From the NCBI RefSeq assembly GCF_018977255.1, contig NW_024704814.1, forward strand, positions 62,001 to 126,000: a stretch of DNA of 64,000 bases. Direction: 5' to 3'. How positions within the stretch are numbered: the first letter of the stretch is position 1; the number at the start of each line of letters is the position of its first letter. This DNA comes from Callorhinchus milii. Lineage: Eukaryota. Of this stretch, positions 38,207-51,800 are shown piece by piece. The notes beneath the pieces are model-generated. The model ran no database searches, was not told the origin of the DNA, and worked only from the letters and a program-made list of their open reading frames with translations. Position numbers and translations under genes: made by a program.

Positions 38207-41200
38207 CTCAACGTCTCTCTCTCCTTCTCTCTCTCTCTCTGTCCCTCACCGTCTCTCTCTCTCTGTCACTTACCGTCTCTCTCTCCTCTCTCTCTCTCCC
38301 TCACCGTCTCACTCTCTTTCTCTCTCTCACCGTCTCACTCTCCTTCTCTCACTCTCTCTGTCCCTCACCGTCTCTCTCTCCTCTCTCTCTCCCTCACCGT
38401 CTCTCTCACCTTCTCTCTCTCTCACTCTCTCTGTCCCTCACCGTCTCTCTCTCCTTCTCTCCCTCACCGTCTCACCCTCCTTCTCTCTCTCACTCTCTCT
38501 GTCCCTCACCGTCTCTCTCTCTCTCTCTCTGTCCCTCACCGTCTCTCTCACTTTCTCTCTGTCCCTCACCGACTCTCTCTCTCTCTGTCCCTGACCGTCT
38601 CTCTCTCTCTCTCTCTCCCTCACCGTCTCACTCTCTCTCTGTGTGTGTCCCTCACCGTCACTGTCTCTCCTTCTCCCTCTCTCTCACTCACTGTCTCTCT
38701 CTCTTTTTATCAATCTCTCCCGCCCTCAGTGTCTCTCTCTCCTTCTCTCTCTCTCTCTCCCTCCCTCACGGTTTNNNNNNNNNNNNNNNNNNNNNNNNNN
38801 NNNNNNNNNNNNNNNNNNNNNNNNNNNNNNNNNNNNNNNNNNNNNNNNNNNNNNNNNNNNNNNNNNNNNNNNNNNNNNNNNNNNNNNNNNNNNNNNNNNN
38901 NNNNNNNNNNNNNNNNNNNNNNNNNNNNNNNNNNNNNNNNNNNNNNNNNNNNNNNNNNNNNNNNNNNNNNNNNNNNNNNNNNNNNNNNNNNNNNNNTCTC
39001 TCTCCCACACCGTCTATCTCTTCTTCTCTCTCTGTCCCTCACCGTCTTTCTCTCCTTCTCTCTCACTCTCTCTGTCCCTCACGGTATCTCTCTCTCTCCG
39101 TATCCGGAGCCGCCGCTGACGGCCGCCGCGTGCGAAGACGCAATGACGCAGGGCCGGGAGTCCCACCCGCGCGGTGACGTCGGCATGTACGGCGCCGTAC
39201 GGCACCGCTCTCCGCTGGGGGCCGCCATGTTGTACGGCGCGGCTTCTGCAATAACAACAACAGCAACAATAATAATAATAATCCTCGCATTTTATATAGC
39301 GCTTTTCACGTCGGGAGGACGTCCCAAAGCGCTTCACAGAACACACTGTAGAATGAATTGATTGTATATTTGTGGGCGAACGCAGCAGTCAATTGCGCAC
39401 AGCAATGTCCCACAAACATTCGTGTGTTGGAAATGACCAATTCATTTTTGTTTGGGTTTTTTTTTTGGAGGGATTATTATTAGGCTCTGTGTGGAGTAAG
39501 GAAACTTGCCCAAGGTTTGGCCCTGACCTGCCTGGGATTGAACTCCGGTCTCTCACTTGCAAAGCGAGTGCTCTAACCACTGAGCTACAGGACTCCACAA
39601 GTTCTGGTTGGGGGGAGGGGGGCAGTGAACCCTACCCTCTGGAGACCTTTAATGCGCCTTTACACTTGAGCAAATTGCGTCTTTTCAACAACCGCCACCT
39701 CCACGCAGTCTAGCGTCTCAGAGCGCTTCAGCGTGGTGGAGTTTGACCGGCCCGGGGAGGGCGGGAGGTGACACGGTCGGAAGGGAAGATTTTCAGGCAG
39801 GACGTGAAAAGGGGGAAAGGGGTCAATGCGGGAAGATTGCGGGAGAGAGTTCAGGATTTTCGTGGGTCAGTGGCTGAAAGGGCGACCGCCAATGATGGAG
39901 CGGATGGGGGGAGGGACAAGGTGGAGGCCGGTGCCAGACGAGCGGAGGCGCCGAGTGGTGGATTGGGGAGTGAGGAGATCAGGGGGCGGAGTGGTCGGAG
40001 AGGGGGACATTAACGGCACATTAAAGAGAGGGACTTTTAATGCGCAGTTTCAATAGGTGCAAATCGTATCTATTCAACTGCACAGTAAACAAAGGGCCAT
40101 TTAATGTGCGGTTTAATTTGTTGTAAATTGTAGGTATTGAACGCCACATTAAACAAAGGCCCCAGGAGTTGGCCGGCAGTAACCTGACCCTCTCCTCCTG
40201 GGCTGGACAGCTTCGCTCATACCTGAGAGGGAATTGAAATATCTCGTGACATGAATGGAAAAGACAAGTGAGTTTCTCTCTCGCGGGTCCTGACTGACAG
40301 TCCTCCACATTAATCCCCTCGGCGGAGGGGAGGGGGAAATCTATCTGTGGTGGTGGGGTGTGGGGTGGGAAATTAAGCAGCTCAGAGCCTGCAATGGGCG
40401 TCTTCAATAGGTGCAAATGGTATCTGATACATTTAGTGCTGAGATGTGTTGCCCACCTGGAAAACCGCAGGGAATTCCTTGTACCCACCGCCTACATAGT
40501 GAGGCTCAATCCCGCGCTTGTCGGACGCAGAACGTCCATCTGGTGACTGTGCTCCTCGGGGACGGCGATCGGGGCGTAAAACTAAACACTGGTTTACAAA
40601 ATGCAACTTGTGTTTAAGGATATCAGACATTCGGTCCCGCAGTTACAGGAGAATATCCTTCAGATTTTGGGGTCCTGTGGCTCAGTGGTTAGAGCACAAG
40701 CTTTGCGAGCGAGACACCTGGGATCAATTCCAGGCAGAGCAAACCCTCGGGCAAGTTTCCCTACTCCACACGTCTAATAATAATCCCTCCAGAACAAAAG
40801 AATAATAAATTGGTCATTTTCAATCCACGACTGTCTGTGGGACACTGCTGTGCGCAATTGGCTGCCGCGTTTCGCCCACAGATATACGGTGAATATATTT
40901 TCAGATCCCACAGACTTAAAAAGCGCTGAATCAAATACAATGATAATTATTGTTATTATCACCCAGACTGCTGATGATTCAGATATTTTATTCCATTTCT
41001 CTGCCTTTCTCTCCTCTCCCCCTCCCTTTCGCAGTATCCAATTCTCACCCTATTGAAATACCCAGAAGTGGACAAAAGCTGTGAATTTGGCTCAATCACA
41101 TGAAGACGACATTGGCTTTGAAAACTGCCAGAAAACCAACTGCTATACTATCAGCCAATTACCTTTAAACGTGAAGGGAATACGGCTGTATTATTGGCTT

Positions 41201-41256
41201 CCCACAAAGAAACTAATCAGATATAAATATGAGCTGCCAACACAAGGCAGGGGAGA

Positions 41257-44200
41257 ATGTCTGAGAAAACCGAAGGGAGCGACATGGAGTGTGGATCGAC
41301 CTCTGGGAAAGGTAAGTAATCGCCTCTCAATTTCTCGGTACCTTCGTCACTACTTTATTTGCTGAAGATATTGTTGAAACAACACGTTTACTTTGATGCA
41401 TTGGCTATTGACTTGTGAAATGAAGTTGGATTTTTACTGCACTGTTGAATTTAATGTATTAATAATATATAGTGATATTTCATTATAATCCTCCAATTTG
41501 CTAATGCGCCTCATCACAGCAATTAGATATCTCAAAACGCTGCACAGAATATATTGTAAAATGCATTTGGTGTTTTGTGGGTGAAACGCCTAAGATGCAG
41601 AGTGCAGTTAGTTTTTTTTCATTAGAAACGTCTTTCTCAGGGATTTCGGTTTTATTTAATGACATTTCTGAAAACATGATTTGTACTCATTTACGTGTAA
41701 GTAGTCTGTGAGGAAGGTCTGAATGATGCCTTTCCTTTTGATTGTGCTCTGAGACGCTATCCTGCACGGAGGGCGCTATATAAGTGCAAGTTGTAGTGTT
41801 CGGTTTGAATCCAGGTGGATTAGTACAGAGGATACATCAATCACTACCACTACCACATATCGCTTGTCAATAGTTAAGTGACATCAATACACCAGAGAAG
41901 AAATTCAGTCTCAATCTTGGCAGAGGGGACGGAAACTTTTCATTTTTCTAGTCTCGGTTGGATCGATGCCAAACACCTTGAAGCTTTGATTTCTACATGC
42001 TGAATTACAGAGTTAATAAAATATAAATATGTAATTATAGTCTTTATTAGCACATTGAACGTGCTCTGGCAATGATTATATCTTAACATTGTCTTTGACT
42101 TTTGAAAACATCTTATGTTTTGAAAACTAATTCAACCAGTAACGTACTTTCTGTAATTTTTTCTGAATATTTCATAATTAGTGCCTAAAAATCCACTGTT
42201 TAAAATGTCTCAAACAGCAAACACAAGTGAGTTAAGATTTTTTTTACGTGTGTGGTAAACAGATAATCCCTCCAATATAAAATAATAATAAATTGGTCAT
42301 TTTAAACCCACGACTGTTTGTGAGACAGACACTGCTGTGATCAATTGGCTGCCGCGTTTCGCCCTCAAATATACAGACAATTCACTTTACAGTCGATTCT
42401 GAGAAGCACTTTGAGATGTCAAGAAGACGTGAAAACCACTATATCAAATACAATGATTATGATTATTTTTATTATAAGCGCGTTCCTACTTATAATTTAG
42501 GTAATCGGAGGCCTGTGGTATAAATAATAATATTAATATTAATTCTTACATTTGATATAGCGCTTCTCACGTCGGGAGGACGTCCCAAAGCGCTTCATAG
42601 AACAAACTGAAAAGTGAATTGACTGTATATTTGTGGGCGAACGCGGCAGCCAATTGCGCACTGCAATGTCCCACAATCAGTCGTAGATTGAAAATAACGA
42701 ATTTATGATTGTTTCTGGTTTTTGGAGGGATTATTATGAGGCTCTTTGTGGAGTAAGGAAACGTGCCCAAGGTACCTTGGGACGTCCTCCTCAGTTGAAA
42801 ACCGCTTTGCAAATGTAATGTTCGTGTGCTTCTGTTTTAAATAACATTTCTCTACAGCAGATCAAATCGCAAATGGGTTCAGCTCCAAACGCAACCGAGT
42901 GAGCGGAGGAGAGTACGGGAGCAGCAGATACGATTTGAGAAAGAGGGATAGAAGGGATTACACTGAGGAAAGGGATCTTCCAGACGATGATTACCTGTGT
43001 GAGTGAAAAATCAATCTGAGTTTCTCAGCATCAAATGCTCGAGTGCAGAATCGGGCAGATGGCAGCCGGGCTCAGTTGGTGTGCTCTTTGCTCCGAGTCA
43101 GAAGTTTGTGGGTTTGAGCCCCACATCGCGGGCAACGAGTTGACAGTCTGGGCTGACACTGCAGTACAGAGCTGGAGTGGGGGGTGGGGGGGTGGGTAGC
43201 GACGCACTGTCAGATGTGCCGTCTCTCCCCGGTGACCTGGTTTTAATGGAGCTCAGTTGACAGGGCTGGGGAATGGCAACTCAGGTCAGGAACGGCAACC
43301 AAGCGCTGTCAGCAGAGATGGTCAGCCTTTCCACTGCTGTGGGGGATGGGAAGGGCTATGGGGACTGAGGAGAGAGCAGTGCAGGTGGTCAATATGGGGT
43401 TGGGAACACGGCACTTAATTGGAAAAACAATGAAATCCAGATTAAAGAGGTTTTGAGGAAGCGATAGGGATACAGATGGGAAGGAGACCCGTGAGAAGGG
43501 ATAGGAAGGCGATTGAGGAAAATGCTCATTGAAGATTTAGTCTGTGCGTTTGAAATATGAGGCCGCGAAGTGACATCACGCAGTGGATTTTGACCATTGG
43601 TTGGTTCAGGCGGGAAACGTCAAAATGGCATCCTCCGTAGAGCCCCGCACCCTAATCCTGCCCATCACCGCGCGATGCACTGTCATACACCCCGAGCTTT
43701 TAAGCTAAAGTCACTCTGCGCCTCTCCAGACACATAGTAAAGATCCTTTAATGGTGTGGTGGAACACAGAGAAACTCGCTTCTCTTTTGGAAACATGTCA
43801 TGGGATCTTTACTGTCCACCTGAACAGACATGGCCGGGAGCTCATTATAACATTTCATCTGAAGCACAGCACCTCCTACAATGGAAAGCATTTCCCGCAT
43901 TAATATAAGTATCTCCCTGTGTCCCAGACCGTGGTCAACTACACTAATCACGGAGACGCCTCACGGCTGTTTGTGGGTAGTTGTTGCCATCATAAACTGA
44001 CACTGTCAATAAGTGACCAGCATGAAGGGCGGTATATAAATGTAAGCTGCTACTGACCGTACAGTTCGCAGTAAATAATGTAAATCATTGACATCACCAG
44101 GTGCTGTACAAATGCAAGGATTCAATCGAAATTTGCTCCTGAGCAATTCGTACAGAAAGCCCATATATTGCTTATCCAGATCTTTCTTTTCTCCCATCAG

Positions 44201-45860
44201 CAGCCAAAGTAGGTGATTCTGAGTCTCATCCCTGGCCTCATGCCAACGTTGTGTTGAGTTGTGCCGAGTTCCTCCAGGAACACAACAGAAGACATCCCGA
44301 GTTCCATAAAGACACATCAACAACGCAGACTGCTTGTAGCGCAAATGATGCTTTGCAGCAGAGAGAGTGTCAGGAATCTATCGTATTTCATGTTGAAGAA
44401 AACCGAGTCTCGCAAACAGGATCTCTACAGGGTCACAAGCAATCGATCTCAGGAGATAGACTGTATAAATGTTCCCGATGTGGTGAGAATTTCATACATT
44501 CAGGGCACCTCAAGATACACCAGCAATCACTCCGAGAAAAGCGTCTGTATAAATGTGTGGAATGTGGGAAGAGTTTCACAGGATCGGACAGTCTGCAGAT
44601 ACACCATCGATCACACACAGGAGAGAGGCCATATAAATGTGCAGTATGTGGAAAGCGTTTTGCAACGTTAGCTTATCTCCAGATACACTATCGGTATCAC
44701 ACAGGAGAGAGGCCATATGAATGTGTTCAGTGTGGAAAGAGTTTTACACAATCAGGAGAACTCCAGAGACACCAGCAATCACACACAGGAGAGAAACCGT
44801 ATAAATGTGCTGAATGTGGAAAGAGTTTCACAAGGTCGTGTTATCTCCAGGTTCACCATCGATCACACACAGGAGAGAAACCATATGAATGTGCAGAATG
44901 TGGAAAGAGTTTCAGAGCAACAGGATCGCTCAAAATACACCATCGTGTGGAAAGAGTTTCACTGCTTCAGGATCTCTCAAAATGCACCATCGATCACACA
45001 CTGGAGAGAGACCATATAAATGTGCTGAGTGTGGAAAGAGTTTTTTATCCTCGAGTAAACTCCAGGGACATCATCGATCACACACAGGAGAGAAACCATA
45101 TAAATGTGCAGAATGTGGAAAGAGTTTCAGAGCATCAGGATCGCTCAAAATACACCATCGATCACACACTGGAGAGAGACCGTATAAATGTGCTGAGTGT
45201 GGAAAGAGTTTTTTAACCTCGAGTAATCTCCAGGGACATCATCGATCACACACAGGAGAGAGGCCACACAAATGTGTTCAATGTGGAAAGCGTTTCACAA
45301 CGTTGCCTTATCTCCAGATACACCGACAGTCACACACAGGAGAGAAACCGTATAAATGTGCAGAATGTGGAAAGTATTTCACAACGTCAGGTTATCTCCA
45401 GAGACACCGACAATCACACACAGGAGAGAAACCTTATAAATGTGTTCAATGTGGAAAGCGTTTCACAACGTCAGGGAATCTCCAGACACACCAGCGATCA
45501 CACACAGGAGAGAAACCGTATAAATGTGCAGAATGTGGAAAGTGTTTCACAAGGGCAGACAGTCTCCAGAGACACCAGCGATCACACACCGGGAAAAGGC
45601 CACACAAATGTGTTGAATGTTGAAAGAGTTTCACAAAGTCAGGAGACCTCCAGGGACACCGACAATCACACACGGGAGAGAAACCGTAAAGATGTGTTGA
45701 ATGTGGAAAGAGTTTTAAAAGGCCAAGTTATCTCCAGAGACACCAGCGATCATACAGCGGAAACAACCATATAACTCTACTGAATGTGAAAATATTTTCA
45801 AGGAAATAGCACCTCCAAACTCACCAGCAGATACACACAGGAGAGACTGTATAATTATGC
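41257..45860 (+). pseudogene. PRDM9-derived SSXRD + ZF gene lacking PR/SET, copy 2, disrupted: exons 41257..41311, 42858..42998, 44201..~45860
   Basis: Exon 2 encodes RYDLRKRDRRDYTEERDLPDDDYL. About 17 finger units; ~37-bp deletion at ~44945 shifts the frame (stop at 45216), TGA at 45621-45623 and TAA at ~45687. Confidence 0.82.
42530..42773 (-). mobile_element. SINE present only in duplication copy B, tail-to-tail with the SINE at 42262-42475
   Basis: Reverse-complement family tail/body; absent at the corresponding position ~27055-27140 in copy A. Confidence 0.85.
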
Positions 45861-48800
45861 CGAATGTGGGAATAATTTTGCGGTGTCGTATCAGAAAAAA
45901 AAATGTTCTTTATCAGCGGAAAGCTTTCCAGGAGCCGATACGGTTCAAAGTACGTACGAGAAGCTGCTTTGAGAAATGCATAGAATAACAATAATAGTTT
46001 GATGTATAACAGGACAGATATCTGTTTGATCCAACACCATTGACTCAGTTAAGACACCAGTGCGATAGTCTGTCCCCTTCTCTCCTGAACATGTGCTGAG
46101 GAACCAGCATTTCCTGAAGGTCCTCACAAACTGTTAGAGAGACCATACGAATGTGCTGAATGTGGAAAGAGCCCATGTCCGGCTATCACTGAGGTGTGTG
46201 GCTGCGGGAGAGAATAACAGAATGGCGCGGTGAGATATGAGCCCTCTGAAACCAGCTGTGGCTTCCAGTATCGGAGCTCACATCGCTGAAGTATATATTT
46301 TTGGTCAAAAGCACCTCGTCCCCTGGTTTGTTACCAGCAGAATGGGGAGTGCTTATAGTTTTTTTTTTTACCAACCAGTTTTTTTTTTCGCTGTTTATGT
46401 TAATCAAAATATTTCCTTTTCATTGCTGTGCTGGTGGGAGTGTTGGTGGTGGGGGCTGTGTTTGTGTGTGTGGTGGGGCTGGATGTGTGAGGAGGGCATC
46501 TGTGTGCGCGCGCGGGTTGGGGGGTGTGTGGNNNNNNNNNNNNNNNNNNNNNNNNNNNNNNGTTATTTGTAAATGGACGGTATTCAGGAATAGAGATATC
46601 TGAACCGGAGTCGTTTCCGTACTTCCTGCATCAGGAAAGTGAGTCACGCCCACTATCTCCCTGGTAAGTGTTGATTGACAGGAAAGAGTGATAGCCCACT
46701 GTCTCCCTGGTAACTTTTGATGGACAGAAAAGAGGGAAACGCCCACTCTCTCACTGGTAACCAGTTATTGACAGGAAAGGAATACACGCCCACTGCCTCA
46801 CTGGTAACCAGTGATTGACAGGAAAGAGAACACGTCCACTACTCTAAACTGGTAACAAGTGACTTACGTGACACACAGCAACTAACATTGTGTTTAATAT
46901 TGTTATTATTCCCCCGGCTCGGAGTTAGTAACCGCCATTATTAACGAATGTTATTACATTGTTATTACACAATGTAATAATTACGCACTGATACGGTGCC
47001 CAGTTTGGAGCGGAGGTGCTGTATCAGTTCATATTCTCCTTCCTATTTTTATTGTTGTATTATTTTTATTATTAATTTCCATAAACAACTAAAACCAGTT
47101 GCGTTTATATAGCGGACTCCACTTTGGGTGACTTCCACAGTACTTTACAATTGAGGAACATGATATTGCATAGTACATACATCGCAATGGACTACATACA
47201 ACCATAATAAATACGAACCAAATAATTATATCATCTGCTAAATAAAACAGTGTCAAAAAAACTCTGAACACCCAGTGAATTCCTGTGTCAATACGATTTG
47301 ATCTTGAAATATTAATAATAATCCTTGCATTTGATTTAGCGCCCATGAGAGTATGCTGTCAATTAACTTTACAGTATAATACGCGAAGCACATTGAGACT
47401 TCTAAAAGACATGATAAGGCAGAACTTCCAAAGCAAATTTAACTATTATTGTTAAAAAGCAAATTGGAAGCTTAAAGCGGGTTTCTGTCAAGAGAAATGT
47501 AAAAACAACGCTCCTTTACATTTATTCTGCTGTTGAGTTGAGCTGTTTTTCTCACTTTTAAAGTTAAATGTTTGAGCCTTTTCGCATGAGGTGTTGTGTG
47601 GTTTGTGCTTTATATCCGGTAATGCTGTTGAGGTGACACTATCACAAAGTTTAGCTACATATCACTCATTACCGTTTAATACTATTTACAATATTGAGCT
47701 GATCTGGACTCTAATGCCAGGAGAAAATCCCTTCTTTTTCCCAAATAGCATCACAGGATGTTTAATGTCTGTCCTGAGCACGGCACAAACTAGGGCTGAG
47801 TTTATCACTGCGTCTTAGATCGACAGCGAGAAAGAGAGGGAAAGAGAGACTAAGAATGTGAGAGGCAACGGGCGTAAGAGACAAAGATAGTGTGAGAGAT
47901 TCAGAGAGAGAGTGAAAGAGAGAGAGAGAGCTTCAGAGACACAAAAGGAGAGCGAGAGCTTTCATAGTGTGAGAGAGAGAGGCAGAGTGTGAGAGAAGCT
48001 TCTAAGCTAACACCATGAAAGTGGTTCAGCTTCGCATCAGCTTTTGCCATTTGAAAGCATGTTCAATATTAACCCTTTCGTACAACTTAAATTGAGTTAC
48101 TCTGGAATATAACAATTGGAGAAACTCCCTTCTCACTTCCCGAAAACGTCTCGGGATCTTAACAATTGTCTTCAACACAAAACAAATAAAGGTCAGTTGA
48201 ACCTCTCATTTCAAAGCCTATGATAAGCAGACGGTAAGTTTGAGTGAGAGCGACTATGTTTGCGAGTGGCTTACAGTGTGAGAGAAGCTTAAGGGGAGAT
48301 TGAGAGTGGTAGTGTGAGAGATACAGAGGGAGAGTGAGATTGGACGAGTGACAGGGGGACACATTGTGTTTGACAGAGAACTTGAGAGACACAGTTGGAG
48401 AGAGACTGAGAGTGTGAGAGACAAGGTGTGTGTGTGATACAGACTTTGAGAGAAACATATGGAGGGAGACTGGGAATTTCAGAGACACATACGGAGATAG
48501 ACGGACTGAGAGTTTGAGCGACACAGTTTTCAGAGTGTGCGAGAGAATGCGAGAGTCACAGTCTTTGTGTGTGGGAGAGACTGAGAGTGTGAGCAAAGAA
48601 AAGTTGGAGCAACTCTCTTCGCTTCACGCTATATACTTGAAGGTTTTTTCTCAGAGCCACAGACCAAATCTCTCATTCTCTCTGTCTGAGTCGTAGATTT
48701 TCTCCGTATTAAAACTGATCAAAAGCGTGCAGCGAATTTTGTTTTAATTGCATTTTGTGTATGTTGGAGCTGCAGAGACGAGAGAGCAGAATTTAATCCA

Positions 48801-51800
48801 GCCGGGAATTTACGAAGGCATGCATGAGTGTTTTGGCTGCTGTGGATATGAGGTATGGATTGTGGCGAGAAATGTGGTGGAAGTGGAAAAAAAAATTTCC
48901 TGCTGAGGCAATGGATGTGGAGTAGAAAGCAAAGAGTTGATGACTAGATTTGCGTATTCTACTGATTAAAATTTTGCATTTGAAGTGCTACCTTCTAGTT
49001 CTCTGACTGAAATGCGCTTTGATTCTGAATAACATTTTGTCTGAAATATTGAATATGCCTCTTCACGTCTCGAAGACTTGAAGAAGCGCTATCTAAAATG
49101 CAAGTAATATTATTATTATGATTGAAAAGCATTATTGAAATTCCAAGCGTGTTTACGGCCCAGAGAAATTTAGAGTCAAACTCAGGTAAAGAAATTCTGC
49201 TTTTCTCTTCAGTTGATTTTTTCCATTTACAATTAAATATTTGAGTCGCTTTTTGCAGGGAGGTGTTGTGTGGTTTGTGCTTTATATCCGGTAACGGTGC
49301 TAAGCCAATACCATGAAAGTGTTTCAGCTACACATCAGCCTTTGCCATTTGACACTATGTCCAATATTAACACTTTCTTACAGATTAAGTTGGACTGGTC
49401 TGGAATCTAACATTTGGAAAAACACACTTCTCTTTTCCCAATGGCGTCTCCGTACCTTTAATATTTGTCTTCGAGAAAGCACAAACTGAACCTGAATTTA
49501 TCGTCTCATCTTAGATCCTAAAATAGACAGTCGGAGGGAGAGAGAAAGTGAGAGAGACTAAGATTGTGAAACACACAATTTGTGAGAGAGACTGATTGTG
49601 CCAAAGACACATAGGCAGAAGAGAGACGGTACAGCGAATTAAAGAGTTTGCGAGTGAGAGAGAGCTAGAGAAAGAAATTGTGAATGACACAGTGTGTATG
49701 TGACAGTGAGTTTGAACGAAACAGATAGAGGAAGACTGGGAGTGTGCGAGACACAGGTGGAGATAGGGGCACCGAGAATGTGAGATGCACAGTGTTTCAG
49801 AGTGTGAGAGAGTTTATGAGATACAGAGTGTGTGTGAGAGAGACAGAGTGTGAGCAATGTGACCATAAGATTTCACATGAATTACATTAATTTGCACAAA
49901 TAGCTGAACTCCTGCAGTGAAAGCCGCTATGCTTATGTAATTTGTGTTTTATATTGTATAAAATTTGCACCTTGGAAAACAGAAATATTGGCTCCCTAAA
50001 CGGTCAACCGAGGTGTTGCAGAGTGAAGGCTGCCTGCCTTATCTAATTGTAATGGTCTCAAAACCCGTCAATAGAGCAGGGCTGAGAGCTCTCAATTTAG
50101 CGAATATTGTGAATTGTGCAGCTGTGAGACCAGCCAGGAGGGCAGATTTGAGATTTCAGATTAGTTTACTGTCCAGAGAAATACTGATTCAAAACACCGT
50201 TAAAGAAATTATGTTGTTCCGTTTATTTGCTTTTTCCTTCTTCAGTTAAATGTTTGAGAACTTTTTGCTGGGAGGTGCTGTGCGATTTGTGCCTCATATC
50301 CGGCAAAATTGCAAAGCTAACACCATGACAGTGGATCAGCTACACATCACCTTTTGCCGTTTACAGTTTGAGAGATGTAGAGAGAGAGTCTGCTTGAGTT
50401 TGTGAGAGAGAGAGAGGCAGAGAGCGTGCGAGAGTCACAGTTTGTGTGTTACAGAAGCTTTGAGATTCACAGATGGAGAGAGACTGGGAATCTGAGAGAA
50501 CCAATGTGTGTGTGACAGATATTGTGATAGTAACAGACGGATGGAGACATACCATAACATGTAGGAGGAGGACTAGGCCATTAGGGCCTTCGAGCCTGCC
50601 CCGCCATTCAATCATGGCTGATCTTCTAATCTAACTCCAGCTAATAACCTGACCCCGCCTTATCCGTATAAACCTTAAATCACTTTTGCAGTAAGAAATC
50701 TATCCATCTCAGTCTTGAATATGTTCAAGAACTGAGCGTCAACAGCCTTTTGGGGTAGTGAGTTCCATACATTCACCAGCATTTGATTGAAGAAGTTCTT
50801 CCTCAACTCAGTGCGAAAGGGCTGTCCTCTGATTTTAAGGAAGTGTCCCCTGGTTTTAGTTTCTCCAACCAGGGGAAAAAATCTCCCACTATCTACTCTA
50901 TCATGCCCTTTGATCATCTTATTAGATTCTGTACGATCCCCTCTAATTCTTCTATATTCTAGAGAATAAAGGCCCAAATTGGTCATCCTATCCTCATAAC
51001 TCATCCCCTTCATCCCTGGTAATAACCCAATAAATCTACGCTGATCTACTCAGGGCATTAATCAGCAATCAATGCCCTGAAATACTGCGGGGAAGGATAG
51101 AAGGATGTCGCAACAAAAGATAAAATGTGAACAACTTAAAAGTGGAAGTAGGTAATCCGACAAAGAGTCCAAACTGAGAGCGTAAATGTGTGGTTTCTTC
51201 TACCTATGTACTGTTACATTTGACTCCAGGATTCATTTCTGCGTGCAATTCTTCCATAGTTTTTTCACGGGAATCAATATAACATGCTGTGACTATGTAT
51301 TTGCAGAGGAACACAAACACGCAGAATTGTGCACACAGCAATGGAGAAGTGTCCAATGGGACACCAGGAAGAACCCACTTCTTCATTCTACAAAATACTC
51401 AGGACTGGGTTTCCAGCTCAGTTCACAGCTCTCAATCGGAGCATTACTCACGCACTAAAATAGCATTCTGCAGTTTCTGAGAATCAGCTTCACGCTGACG
51501 GATTGTGTGCAAGTCTTGCAACAATTCCTGTAAAGGACATCACATGTCGTGAGTCTGAGTCTCTGATTCCATCTCTAAACATCGTTAAATATACATCTAT
51601 ACGTCAAAGTTCGTGTTGCTCTCTGAGTGTATATGTTTCTGTGCGTGTCTATCACAGCTCAGTATGGGTGTGTGTGTGTCAGACTGTTCCTCAGTGTGTG
51701 TCACAACAGTTTCCATGTCAGTGTGACAGAGAAGCGGATGTTTTGTGATCACAGAGCAGGGTGACACTGTCAAAAACGTCTCCTGAGAATTACTCCGTTT

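Larger units (their letters stand above)
36529..46460 (+). repeat. Direct segmental duplication, copy B
   Basis: Same order of elements as 20984-30460; ends just before the N run at 46532. Confidence 0.95.
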
